A DNA stretch of 64,000 nucleotides from a virus (lineage: Duplodnaviria > Caudoviricetes), in IMG/VR virus record IMGVR_UViG_3300031867_000015, positions 51,129 through 115,128 of that record. One strand, given 5' to 3'. Below are positions 54,229-63,755 of this stretch, in pieces. Under the pieces are notes generated by a model, which was given only the letters and a program-made list of their open reading frames with translations, did no database searches and was not told where the DNA came from. The position numbers and the translations under genes are program-made. How positions within the stretch are numbered: the first letter of the stretch is position 1; each line of letters starts with the position of its first letter.

Positions 54229-55334
54229 TGTATAATTTTGATGAGGAGTATTGGAATATTTTAGGTAGTGGGTTTTCTGCCAGTGGAGATGCTTGGGAAC
54301 AACGAGATGGTAATCCCCATTATGTTAGACCTAATTCAGATATTCACACAAGGGGAACTGACATTATTGTATTTAATCAGAGTACACCCCCAGTCTCAGG
54401 TTCAGATGCCACAGAGGATTGGGTATACGGTGGAATATTAGAAATATACAACGATACATTAAGAACAGACCTTCCTACAGTTACAGCAGGTCAAACTTAT
54501 AGTGGATGTACAATACCTACAGCGGAAGAATGGAACGCCATGACTACCGAAGAACAGAACAATTTCAAAAACACATACTTTGAACCTGCTACTCCAACTT
54601 CAACTACCAAGATTGGCTTACCCTTTGAAGATTATTATGTAGTGTATGCTTGGGTGGGCGTTGTAGTAAGAGGTGGGGATTATCCAACAGACCCTAATTA
54701 TCCCTACTATGTTATATGGGGTGATTTAACAACCAGTAATAGCAGAAAGACTCTTAGCTACAATTTGGAAACTGGTGAATCCACACATATTGACTTAAAT
54801 GTAATAATGGCAGAAAACTTTAAACCAGAAGAAGAAGGCGTATTCAGAGCATTAATAATACAAACACAACAAACGCAGTATACACGATTCTGGACAGGCT
54901 ATTCGTCATCAGGTGCATTGACGTATACTTATTCTTCGAGAGGTAGAAACTCCGAACCCTGTAATTCTGTTTCTTTTAATCTTAGAAAGTTTGACTGGAA
55001 AATGAAAGCTGATAAGAATAATGGCTATCCTTATAAAGGGGATGTTGAAGTTTTTGATTTTGACTTATTGGTTAAACCTATGCCATTTTTTATGTGGACT
55101 ATGAAGCCAGAAGAAAATCAAGGATATCCTACTCTTGGTGGTAAGGAAATAGATGCATTAGGTGCTTTTGGTAATTGCAAAAAATTAAGAACTATTGTAA
55201 TACCTACAACTGTTGGAGAGATTGGTGAATATGGTTTTGCCAAAACTGCTTTGACAGCGGCAACAATATCAAGTGATTGTCATTATTCAGAAACTTCATT
55301 TCCCCCAAGATGTATTATAAACTATTACAATTAA
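54228..55334 (+). CDS. tail protein with C-terminal BspA-type LRRs
   Basis: AFGNCKKLRTIVIPTTVGEIGEYGF. Confidence 0.65.
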   Translation: MYNFDEEYWNILGSGFSASGDAWEQRDGNPHYVRPNSDIHTRGTDIIVFNQSTPPVSGSDATEDWVYGGILEIYNDTLRTDLPTVTAGQTYSGCTIPTAEEWNAMTTEEQNNFKNTYFEPATPTSTTKIGLPFEDYYVVYAWVGVVVRGGDYPTDPNYPYYVIWGDLTTSNSRKTLSYNLETGESTHIDLNVIMAENFKPEEEGVFRALIIQTQQTQYTRFWTGYSSSGALTYTYSSRGRNSEPCNSVSFNLRKFDWKMKADKNNGYPYKGDVEVFDFDLLVKPMPFFMWTMKPEENQGYPTLGGKEIDALGAFGNCKKLRTIVIPTTVGEIGEYGFAKTALTAATISSDCHYSETSFPPRCIINYYN

Positions 55335-55349
55335 GAAAGGAGAATAATT

Positions 55350-56013
55350 ATGGCAGTAACAATAGGAAAAATAGGACAGAATACAAACAGTCGTATTCTT
55401 GAACTTTATGGTAAGTCAAGTGATATAAAACCCACTGACTTTGTAAATGGTGTACAGGTAATCAATGGAAGTGTTTTCATTGAAATGGACACTGGTGATG
55501 CGTATTTCTTTGACGAGGAAACTCATACTTGGATAGCAACATAAGAAAGGGAGTGATTAAACAATGGATGCGGCTACATATATTTTGTGTAAATCTTCTG
55601 CGAAGAAATACACTGACCAAGTAACACAGTCTCTTATGGGCGGTGTACATTATAGAGGTAGTGTTAATTACTATGCAGACTTGCCAAATAACGCACAGGA
55701 AGGCGATTCTTATACGGTCAAATACGCAGGTACAAGTGGTAGTATTGCTGACGGAACAGAGTATACATGGGGTTACGATACGGACTTAGAAGATTATGCG
55801 TGGATAAGTTTTTCCAAGGATGCTTACAGCAAGGCTGAGACAGATGCGTTACTCAGTGGTAAGCAAGCTACTCTTTCACAGGCACAACTTAATGCGGTTA
55901 ATTCAGGCATAGATAGTGAAAAGGTTGCTCAGATTGCTACAAATGTGAGTGATATAAGTGATATACAACAGACAATCGGTGACATTAACACTGTCTTAGA
56001 GGAGGTGCTGTAA
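55350..56013 (+). CDS. two tail fibre-associated proteins (55350-55544, 55564-56013)
   Basis: GSVFIEMDTGDAYFFD; YRGSVNYYADLP..AQEGDSY fibre repeat; coiled-coil end. Confidence 0.6.
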
Positions 56014-56014
56014 T

Positions 56015-57364
56015 ATGTCTAATACAATAGCTGAGAATTTACAGCGACTTAAAGTTGCTACAACTGCTATCGGTAATGCAATTACTGCAAAAGGTGGCAC
56101 TGTAAACGAGGGTGACGGATTAGAGGAGTTCCCTGATGATATTATGTCTATTCCGCAAGGAAAGCCTGTTATTTATGGTTTTCATATCAATCCGAATGAA
56201 TCAGACAGTTCAGCAGCCATAACGTATCTTAAAGATGCTGTAGGTATGACACCTGCATACATGGACAGTGCGAACAATACATTTGAATACGGTTCATTTG
56301 CGAACGCTTTCTTCATACCTAAGCCTTGTATGCTTAAATCAGACGGTACAGTTGACTATTATCTTGACCCGAATGACTATACTAAGAAAGCTGATGGAAC
56401 GGCTTCTGATATTGCAGACCCTAACTATGACGGTAACGCAATGATGGAATGGGGAATGCTGTGGTATAAATTTGAAGGCGGCACTGAGGACGGAGAAGGA
56501 TATTTCTATATCTCAAATCAGAAAGTAGATAACACTTACTATTGTTGGTGCAACTATGACAGCAAAGATAATATTATCCCACATTTTTATACTGCTATCT
56601 ATAACGGCACTGGAACAACCAAACTACGTTCCATTTCTGGCGTTGCTTTAACTTCTGCAAATGGTAACGGCAGTACAACCGCAACTCAGGAAGAAACAAG
56701 AGCGAAAGCCAATAATACCACAAACGATGTTGAATGGTATATTGATGTTTGGTGTGATAGACTACTTATAAATGCACTTCTTGTGCTTATGGGTAAATCA
56801 CTGAATACACAAGCAGTATTTGGCAGAGGTATTGATACTGGCGGTCAGACAGCTAAAGAAGCATACGTAACAGGAACACTGAATGACAAAGGTTTATTCT
56901 GGGGCGATACTGCTAACGGTACATCTGCTGTTAAAGTTTTCGGTATGGAAAACTGGTGGGCTTGCTGTTGGCACAGAACCGCAGGTTGTATCTCTGTAAA
57001 CAGAGTATTGAAAATCAAACTCACATATGGTACAGCAGACGGAAGTACAACAGTTGGTTATAATCAGACAGGAAACGGATATATTTCTAATGGTACAATT
57101 CCATCGTCAAATGATTATGTAAGAGCCATGACATACAATCAGTATGGCTACATGACAAGTAATGTTACTGACGGTAGTTCTTCGACATATTACGCTGATT
57201 ATTTTTATCAAAATACTGATATAAGATATTTATTGGTTGGCGGTCGCTCTGGCTTTGGCGTTCATGCGGGTGCGTTCTGTTTTGATCTGCTTGATGCGCC
57301 CTCGGTTGCGTATTGGTCTTTTGCCGCTGCGCTCTCTTGCAAACCACTTGCTCAGAAAGGGTGA
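56015..57364 (+). CDS. DGR target protein (receptor-binding tail protein, CLec/Mtd-like C-terminus)
   Basis: C-terminal VR matches TR; FGMENWW..W, LLVGG motifs. Confidence 0.85.
   Translation: MSNTIAENLQRLKVATTAIGNAITAKGGTVNEGDGLEEFPDDIMSIPQGKPVIYGFHINPNESDSSAAITYLKDAVGMTPAYMDSANNTFEYGSFANAFFIPKPCMLKSDGTVDYYLDPNDYTKKADGTASDIADPNYDGNAMMEWGMLWYKFEGGTEDGEGYFYISNQKVDNTYYCWCNYDSKDNIIPHFYTAIYNGTGTTKLRSISGVALTSANGNGSTTATQEETRAKANNTTNDVEWYIDVWCDRLLINALLVLMGKSLNTQAVFGRGIDTGGQTAKEAYVTGTLNDKGLFWGDTANGTSAVKVFGMENWWACCWHRTAGCISVNRVLKIKLTYGTADGSTTVGYNQTGNGYISNGTIPSSNDYVRAMTYNQYGYMTSNVTDGSSSTYYADYFYQNTDIRYLLVGGRSGFGVHAGAFCFDLLDAPSVAYWSFAAALSCKPLAQKG
57235..57350 (+). repeat. DGR variable region (VR)
   Basis: 116-nt copy of TR; 27 differences at TR adenines; 3 non-A differences only in the 3' IMH end. 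Confidence 0.95.
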
Positions 57365-57365
57365 A

Positions 57366-57403
57366 TTGCCGTAGGCAAGAGGGGAAACGCTTGCGTGTCC
57401 CCT
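57366..57403. other. DGR homing hairpins downstream of VR
   Basis: ttgcc-GTA-ggcaa and agggga-a-acgc-tt-gcgt-g-tcccct. Confidence 0.65.
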
Positions 57404-57445
57404 TAATGATAAATATTTGTTATTAAATACAGGGATTTGTGGTGC

Positions 57446-57561
57446 GGTTGGCGGTAACTCTGACAATGACGTTAATGCAGGTACGTTCTATTTTAATCTG
57501 AATAATACGCCCTCGAATACGAATTGGAATATTGCCACTGCGCAAACTTATAAATTACTTG
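57446..57561 (+). ncRNA. DGR template region (TR)
   Basis: AAT/AAC-rich copy of VR just upstream of RT. Confidence 0.95.
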
Positions 57562-57669
57562 AAAATAATGCACCACACTTTCCTTACCTCTTGGTAAAAT
57601 TGACAGTCGATAGCAAGCAACTGTTAGTAGCATTGTCGAAAGCGGTTGAGACTATAAGAGAAGGTGACT

Positions 57670-58737
57670 ATGAAATCATACAATCATTTATGGGAAGAAT
57701 TAATATCTGACGATAATATCAGACTTGCTATTCATAACGCCTCACATGGCAATATGAAACGCAGAAAATTGACAGAAATTAAAAACAACCCTGATAAATA
57801 TATTTCTATCGTGCGTAATTGGATAGAGAATTTTAAGACTATCAAACATACTCCTAAGATAATCAATGACGGCATATCGGCTAAGAAACGTGAAATAATC
57901 GTTCCTACGGTGGCAGAGCATATAGTTCAACACGCAGTAATGAACGTTATGAAACCTATTTTCTCAAAAGGAATGTATGAACACACATATGCTTCAATTC
58001 CTCAGAGGGGCTGTTACAAAGGAATGAAAGTTGTGAGGAAATGGATAAGAAATGATGTAGGGAATGTCAAGTATTGTCTTAAACTTGATGTAAGAAAATA
58101 TTTTGACAGTATCTCTCAGGAAATTCTTATTGATAAACTACACAAGAAAATACATGATGAGAGATTCATGGACTTGCTAACAAAGATTATCAGAACAACT
58201 GAACACGGCTTACCTTTAGGCTTTTATACTTCTCAATGGTTTGCTAACTTTTATTTACAGGACTTCGACCATTTCGTCAAAGAAGATTTGCACATCAAAC
58301 ATTATATAAGATATATGGACGATATGGTACTGTTCCACTCGAATAAGCGAGAGTTGCACAGAATCAAGAAGCTGATAGAGCTATATCTGAGGGATAATTT
58401 ATCGCTTGAAATAAAAGACAATTGGCAGTTGTTTCGTTTTCATACTCGTAAAGATAAAGGTAGATTCCTTGACTTTATGGGATTCAGGTTTTACAGAAAT
58501 CGGGTGACATTGCGCCGCAAAATCGCTTTGAAAGCTATGCGTAAAGCAAGAAGGATAGCAAAGAAGAAACATACAACTGTTCATGATGCAAGGCAAATGT
58601 TGACATATATCGGTTGGAGTAAATGCACAGATAGTTACAACTGGGTTAAGAAGTATATTTTATGTCATATAAATTTCAGAGAATTACGAAAAATAGTAAG
58701 CAATTATGATAAAAGGAGGACTTTATATGTGGTATAA
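57670..58737 (+). CDS. DGR reverse transcriptase
   Basis: LKLDVRKYF, GLPLGFYTSQWFAN (DGR-type GxxxSQ), YMDD, DFMGF. Confidence 0.95.
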   Translation: MKSYNHLWEELISDDNIRLAIHNASHGNMKRRKLTEIKNNPDKYISIVRNWIENFKTIKHTPKIINDGISAKKREIIVPTVAEHIVQHAVMNVMKPIFSKGMYEHTYASIPQRGCYKGMKVVRKWIRNDVGNVKYCLKLDVRKYFDSISQEILIDKLHKKIHDERFMDLLTKIIRTTEHGLPLGFYTSQWFANFYLQDFDHFVKEDLHIKHYIRYMDDMVLFHSNKRELHRIKKLIELYLRDNLSLEIKDNWQLFRFHTRKDKGRFLDFMGFRFYRNRVTLRRKIALKAMRKARRIAKKKHTTVHDARQMLTYIGWSKCTDSYNWVKKYILCHINFRELRKIVSNYDKRRTLYVV

Positions 58738-59130
58738 AGCAGAAAGTAGTGAATTACCATCAACGATTGATGATACATCATCAAGGGTATATGTCTACGT
58801 AAGAAAGAACATCAACGTTGAACAGCGTACCGATGAATCAGGTGAAATCATAACAGTGTATGTATATGATGAAATCAAGATACCGAAAGAGGTATATGAG
58901 ATTTTCAAACTTGAAAGCGGAAACGAAAGAAGAATTTCTGACATTGAAGATGTACTCGCAGATATGCTTTTCGGGGGTGACGAAGAATGAGTAATGCTAA
59001 ATTAAAACTCATGATTGCTGTATTCAGCCGCAGAATTAATCAGGGAGAAACTTTTGAGGAAATTGCAGAGGACTATCCGAAACTGACAGCAGAGGATTTA
59101 GAGCAAATTAGTGAAGCGTTGAACCGATAA
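58727..59130 (+). CDS. two small tail-fibre-associated proteins (58727-58990, 58987-59130)
   Basis: acidic 87-aa ORF and 47-aa ORF MSNAKLKLMIAVFSRRINQGETFEEIAEDYPKL; RBSs. Confidence 0.6.
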
Positions 59131-59196
59131 AAAGGTAATTTTAACAGCAAATAACCCAATAAAATTATATTTTCATCAAAACAAAGGAGTGATTAT

Positions 59197-59733
59197 ATGA
59201 ATTCCCCATACGAAGGAAAATTCAAGGTAACGCAGACACAGCATAGCGCACATGATGGACTTGATTTAGTCGGAATCGACAGCAAGGAAATTCATGCGAC
59301 TGTTGACGGCACTGTGCATTATGCAGGGTGGGAAAATGCGAACAATCCGAAACAGGGATTTGGACAGTATGTGTGTATCCGATCCGCTGACAACAAGTAT
59401 TACTATTACGGTCATATGTCGCAGTTAAAGGTAAAGACAGGCGATAAAGTAAAGTGTACTGACGTTATCGGCATTGAGGGTCATACAGGACATACCATCC
59501 CCGATAACGAGTACGGCAGTCATTGCCATTACTGCATCCGTCCTCAGTTTGCCGCAGGCAACGCTTTAAGCACTCCGCAGATATCGGGTATACCTAACGC
59601 TTGCGGTGTGTATGATGATGGATATAGACCATCCTCGAAGCCACAGGAAGAACCGACAGAACCTGATGGACTGACAGGAGAACTGAAACTCTCAGACGGT
59701 ACGATCTACGATATCACACTCACAAAGAAATAA
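59197..59733 (+). CDS. M23 peptidase, probable endolysin
   Basis: HDGLD, YGHMS, GSHCHY M23 motifs. Confidence 0.85.
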   Translation: MNSPYEGKFKVTQTQHSAHDGLDLVGIDSKEIHATVDGTVHYAGWENANNPKQGFGQYVCIRSADNKYYYYGHMSQLKVKTGDKVKCTDVIGIEGHTGHTIPDNEYGSHCHYCIRPQFAAGNALSTPQISGIPNACGVYDDGYRPSSKPQEEPTEPDGLTGELKLSDGTIYDITLTKK

Positions 59734-59761
59734 ACCTACACTTACAACGCACTAAGAGACT

Positions 59762-59968
59762 ATGAACAGATTCGACAACATTTCCAACACGGATTTATCA
59801 CGGCTGATAGATGAATGGGTTAAGGGAGAACGAGACAGGGCTATCATGAAGCGCAGGCTGATTGACTGCATCTGTTTTGAACCGTTAGCCGAGGAATTCA
59901 GCCTATCGGTACAGACAACGCACAAAATAGTTCAAAAAAATCTTAAAATAATCACCACAAAGATATAA
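59762..59968 (+). CDS. sigma-region-4-like HTH protein
   Basis: ERDRAIMKRRLID...FEPLAEEFSLSVQT. Confidence 0.65.
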   Translation: MNRFDNISNTDLSRLIDEWVKGERDRAIMKRRLIDCICFEPLAEEFSLSVQTTHKIVQKNLKIITTKI

Positions 59969-59969
59969 T

Positions 59970-60008
59970 AAAAAGCTCGGTTTGCTTGATGGCAAATCGG
60001 GCTTTTTT
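59970..60008. terminator. bidirectional terminator
   Basis: aaaagctcggtttgc-ttgatg-gcaaatcgggcttttt. Confidence 0.7.
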
Positions 60009-60034
60009 GTTTTATTATGTAATTGGTGATTAAA

Positions 60035-61001
60035 ATGTACGAATTTGTGAATGTGAACCCTTGCAAGAAACGACTCGGAGACTGCGTTGTCCGTGCTTTG
60101 TCTCTTGCTTTGAACCAGTCATGGTACAGAACAGCTATTGATCTATGCATCGAGGGGCTTATACAATGCGATATGCAGGATTCTAACGCTGTGTTTGGCG
60201 CATATTTGCAGTCTAAGGGCTTTAAAAAATACCCTATACTTGACACCTTGACGTTCGAAGAATTTGCTACAACGCATCCTGACGGCTTGTACATCGTTGC
60301 AACAGGCTCACATGTTGCAGTTGTGCGTGATGGAATACTGCTTGACAACTGGGATTCATCAGATGAACAAGTCTCATACTACTTTGTGAGGGAGTGATAA
60401 ATCATGCCTTATGGATACATACCGAATAATTACAACGCTTACAATCTGCCGCAGTATCAACAGCCTATGCCACAGCAACAGCAGTCTAACGGCTTGATAT
60501 GGGTACAAGGCATCGAAGCTATGAAAAGCTATCCTGTTGCTCCCGGTCAGAGTGTTCTGCTCATGGATTCGGAATCAAACTGTTTCGGCATAAAGACAGC
60601 TGATGCATCAGGAATGCCGCTCCCCTTGCGAATTTTTGATTATTCCGAAAGAACCGCTCAGAACGCACAGAAACCGCCTGTAACAGCTTCTGTTGATACG
60701 GATAGATATATTACTCGGGAAGAATTTGAAAGCCGTATAACAGCGATTACAGCGCAAATAAAGGAGAGTGAAGATAATGCCGAATGAACTGTATAAAGAG
60801 ATCGGACAACAGCAAACACAACAGCAGCAGAACCCAAAGGAGCAGGCATTGAATTTGATGAAACAACAGGGAATTGCTATCCCCGAGGGCATGGAAAATA
60901 ACCCACAGGGCATTATACAACACCTTATGCAGTCTGGACGCGTACCGCAAAGCCGTCTGACTATGGCTCAACAGATGATGCAGAGGATGTTCAGACGATA
61001 A
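60035..61001 (+). CDS. three hypothetical prophage proteins (60035-60397 papain-like Cys/His; 60404-60787; 60768-61001 Gln-rich)
   Basis: NP..KRLGDCVVRA..HV..DNWD; LIWVQGIE..SYPVAPG..LLMDSE. Confidence 0.65.
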
Positions 61002-61110
61002 AAAAAGAACGCCCCGAAAGACGTTCTTTGTCAACAAAAGCATTCATTCAAAAAATGATACTTTAGCCATGTAGCAATTACATTATATCAAGTGTAATTA
61101 TGTTTGTCAA
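60999..61110 (-). ncRNA. promoter-sRNA-terminator unit 1 (~75 nt RNA)
   Basis: TTGACA-17-TATAAT at 61082-61110; TTCG-loop terminator at 60999-61029. Confidence 0.5.
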
Positions 61111-61220
61111 GCAAACGCAAATTTATTATGATTTTGCGTATTGTAACTTGCGAATAGCGAAAGTTTACGCAAATAAACTTGAAATATGAGAAAGTTGCAA
61201 CCGACACAAATGCCGGTCAC

Positions 61221-61319
61221 AAAAAAAAGAACAGCAGCCCCGAAGGACTGCCGCTCTTTATATCATCTTACCTTATCTTATCTCATGGATATTATAGCAG
61301 AGATCAGGGGATTTGTCAA
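61221..61319 (-). ncRNA. promoter-sRNA-terminator unit 2 (~65 nt RNA)
   Basis: TTGACA-17-TATAAT at 61291-61319; TTCG-loop terminator with U8 at 61221-61259. Confidence 0.55.
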
Positions 61320-61419
61320 GCTATTAAGGCAACAGCCTTGATATAAATTTTACCGACTATCACAAAACTTAGGAGATAGTCGCTTACCCTCATAATTCGA
61401 GGGAGAAAGGAGTGCAGAT

Positions 61420-62325
61420 ATGGCACTTACAGACGAAAACAGCATGGTAATGCCTGTTCAGCCTATGTATGGCGGTTATGGCAACGGTGGCGGCGGTATA
61501 TTCGGCAACGATGGACTGTGGCTTCTTCTCGTTCTGCTTCTCGGTGGAGGTTGGGGCGGCTTTGGCGGCTTCGGCATGGGCGGCGCAATGATGGGCGCAG
61601 GCATGATGGGTATGGACTTCCTTTATCCGTGGCTCAACAACTCGCAGAACATCAATGACGGTTTCAGAGATCAGATGCTGAACAGCAATGTAACTTCAAT
61701 CCGTGACGGCGTGCAGGGCTTATCTACACAGCTTTGTCAGTGCTGCGGTGATATGCGTTATGATCTTGCTAATTCCGCAAATGGCATTCAGAACAGCATC
61801 TTCGGCGCACAGGTAGCAATCGGACAGCAGCTTAACGCTAACGAGATGGCAAGCCTTAACCGCTCTTTTGCTGAGCAGTCCGCAAATCAGCAGGGATTCA
61901 ATGGTGTTCAGGCACAGCTCGCACAGAACGGCTTTGCTCAGCAGGCAGGCACAGCAGATTTGAAGTACACCATAGCAACTGAAAACTGCGCTGATCGCTA
62001 TGAAGCTGCACAGAACACACAGAGCATTATTACTGCTCTTACAGCAGGAATCCAGTCTATAAAGGATGATCTCTGTCAGAACAGACTTGATGCAGAACGC
62101 AGAGAGAACGCTAACCTCAGAAGTGAGCTGATGTATGCACGTGGTCAGGCTTCACAGGTTGACCAGACAGCACAGCTTCGTGCTTCACAGCTTGCAGCCA
62201 ACACAGCCCTTCTGAACGAACTTCGTTCCTGCCCTATCCCAGCACAGGCTGTATACGGAAATCAGCCTGTATTCACCTGTTCACCGAATAACAACTGCGG
62301 TTGTGGATGCGGCAATAACTTCTGA
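61420..62325 (+). CDS. Gly-rich membrane-segment / coiled-coil protein with CGCGC tail
   Basis: GGYGNGGGG..LWLLLVLLLGGGWGG, Q/N/A heptads, CCG, CGCGC end. Confidence 0.75.
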   Translation: MALTDENSMVMPVQPMYGGYGNGGGGIFGNDGLWLLLVLLLGGGWGGFGGFGMGGAMMGAGMMGMDFLYPWLNNSQNINDGFRDQMLNSNVTSIRDGVQGLSTQLCQCCGDMRYDLANSANGIQNSIFGAQVAIGQQLNANEMASLNRSFAEQSANQQGFNGVQAQLAQNGFAQQAGTADLKYTIATENCADRYEAAQNTQSIITALTAGIQSIKDDLCQNRLDAERRENANLRSELMYARGQASQVDQTAQLRASQLAANTALLNELRSCPIPAQAVYGNQPVFTCSPNNNCGCGCGNNF

Positions 62326-62339
62326 TAGGCGGTGATTCT

Positions 62340-62822
62340 ATGTCAGCTAATTACAGCATAGTTACACCGCAGAACTTAGCACCGAATCAGCCTGCCGTGT
62401 TTCTGAATAGCCCCTGTCCTTGCAACGAGGGACTTGTTTTCAAGAAATCAGGCGGTGTGTTCCTGCTTGCAAGCAACGCACCTACACATGACCGTTGTTC
62501 ATGCGGATGTGGATGCAGACGTATCTATGAGACTAATTATGAGGTCGAGGTACACGCTAACATCGAGATACCGACAGGCGGCACAGTTGAGGAAATTCAG
62601 CTTGCTCTTGCTGTTGACGGTGTTATCGCTCCCGAAAGCCTTATGTCTTTCACTCCTGCGGCTGTTGAGGTTGCAGGCAATGTGGGAACAAGTGTCATAG
62701 TACCTGTTATATCCCTCTGCGGATGTGACAGCGTGGCTCTTGTAAACGCAAGCACACAGAATATCACGATCAATAACGCTTCGATAGTCTTTGACTATGC
62801 CGGAGTAAACAGGCTGAGATAA
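62340..62822 (+). CDS. Cys-rich beta-sandwich protein (possibly BclA C-terminal-like)
   Basis: CSCGCGC; YEVEVHANI..LALAVDG..ITINNASIV. Confidence 0.6.
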   Translation: MSANYSIVTPQNLAPNQPAVFLNSPCPCNEGLVFKKSGGVFLLASNAPTHDRCSCGCGCRRIYETNYEVEVHANIEIPTGGTVEEIQLALAVDGVIAPESLMSFTPAAVEVAGNVGTSVIVPVISLCGCDSVALVNASTQNITINNASIVFDYAGVNRLR

Positions 62823-62839
62823 GAAAGGAGTGAAACAGT

Positions 62840-63548
62840 ATGGATAAAATCTGTAAATACATCGACAAGGAACTTGACGAACTTGAAAACAAAGTCGCTA
62901 TGGGCGGTAAGCTGTCCAGAGCCGATATCGAGGACGGCAAGAACATGGCAAAGTTTAAGACTGCGATCCTCACTAACAAGGCAATGGAGGAAGAAGGTTA
63001 TTCAGGTGACTGGGATGAACCAATGCACAGAATGTCAAATGCACGTGGCAGAGGTTCTAATGCTCGCCGTGAAAGATACAGCCGTGAGGACGGATACAGC
63101 AGAGCCGAGAGCGATTTCAGGGAAAGACTGGAAGATGCAATTGATTCAGCTCCCGATGAACACAAGCGTAAAAAGCTTGAAAGAATTCTGAACGAAATGT
63201 AAGGACGGTGAAGCCGCTATGATTACGGTTGACGAATTAAAGGCGGCTATTGCCGAAATGCAGGGTGAGCGGAATCCGAATGCTAACACCTGCATCAAGC
63301 TTGCGGCATATTACACCATTCTGAACGAATTGCAGGGGAAACCTGATACAAGCGGATATTCTTCTGCGCCTGCTCCCGAACCTGTCAAAGAAACAGTTGG
63401 ATACTACTCAGAGACGGAATTCGGGCAGTTGGTACAGGATAAACCCATCAAAGAAGTTATGTCGGTGATGGATGAACTGATATCTGTTCTATCAGCGATT
63501 CAGCCCCGGTTATACAATGGCGTGATGCGTAAGCTGCACGATATATAA
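62840..63548 (+). CDS. two hypothetical proteins (62840-63202 with RGRG/YSR repeats; 63219-63548)
   Basis: ORFs with RBSs. Confidence 0.65.
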
Positions 63549-63576
63549 TTTCGTGTCTAATTTCGTGTCTAATTTC
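63546..63576. repeat. 2.5 x 12-bp direct repeat, integrase arm-type sites
   Basis: taatttcgtgtc-taatttcgtgtc-taatttc. Confidence 0.65.
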
Positions 63577-63708
63577 AACTGCAAATATGCATATTCAATA
63601 TGCAAAAATGCATACAACTGTGATATAATTATCACATTGAAAACAAAGAAAAATCCCGATATATCGGCAGAAACTTGAAAAAACTGCTGTATATTGGGAT
63701 TTATCATT

Positions 63709-63731
63709 TGGCGCAGTGGGTGGGATTCGAA
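63709..63731 (-). mobile_element. attP core: 3' end of a tRNA (likely Ser)
   Basis: TTCGAATCCCACCCACTGCGCCA = T loop, T stem, acceptor strand, G73, CCA; ~25 bp from integrase stop; followed by a hairpin. Confidence 0.75.
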
Positions 63732-63755
63732 AAATCACACAACAACGAAATATCG

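Noticed and set aside
49151-56013. Second DGR target among tail genes
   Set aside because: No further TR-like sequence seen at gene ends by eye; remote targets outside the window are not excluded
57417-57710. 97-aa ORF upstream of RT as possible Avd
   Set aside because: It is the TR read in the target frame (Asn-rich), with no RBS and no helical-bundle character
57670-58737. RT as group II intron, retron or Abi RT
   Set aside because: The GxxxSQ motif and adjacent adenine-specific TR/VR pair define a DGR
63709-63731. Full tRNA gene
   Set aside because: Only the T loop to CCA is present, with no 5' half; fits an att core
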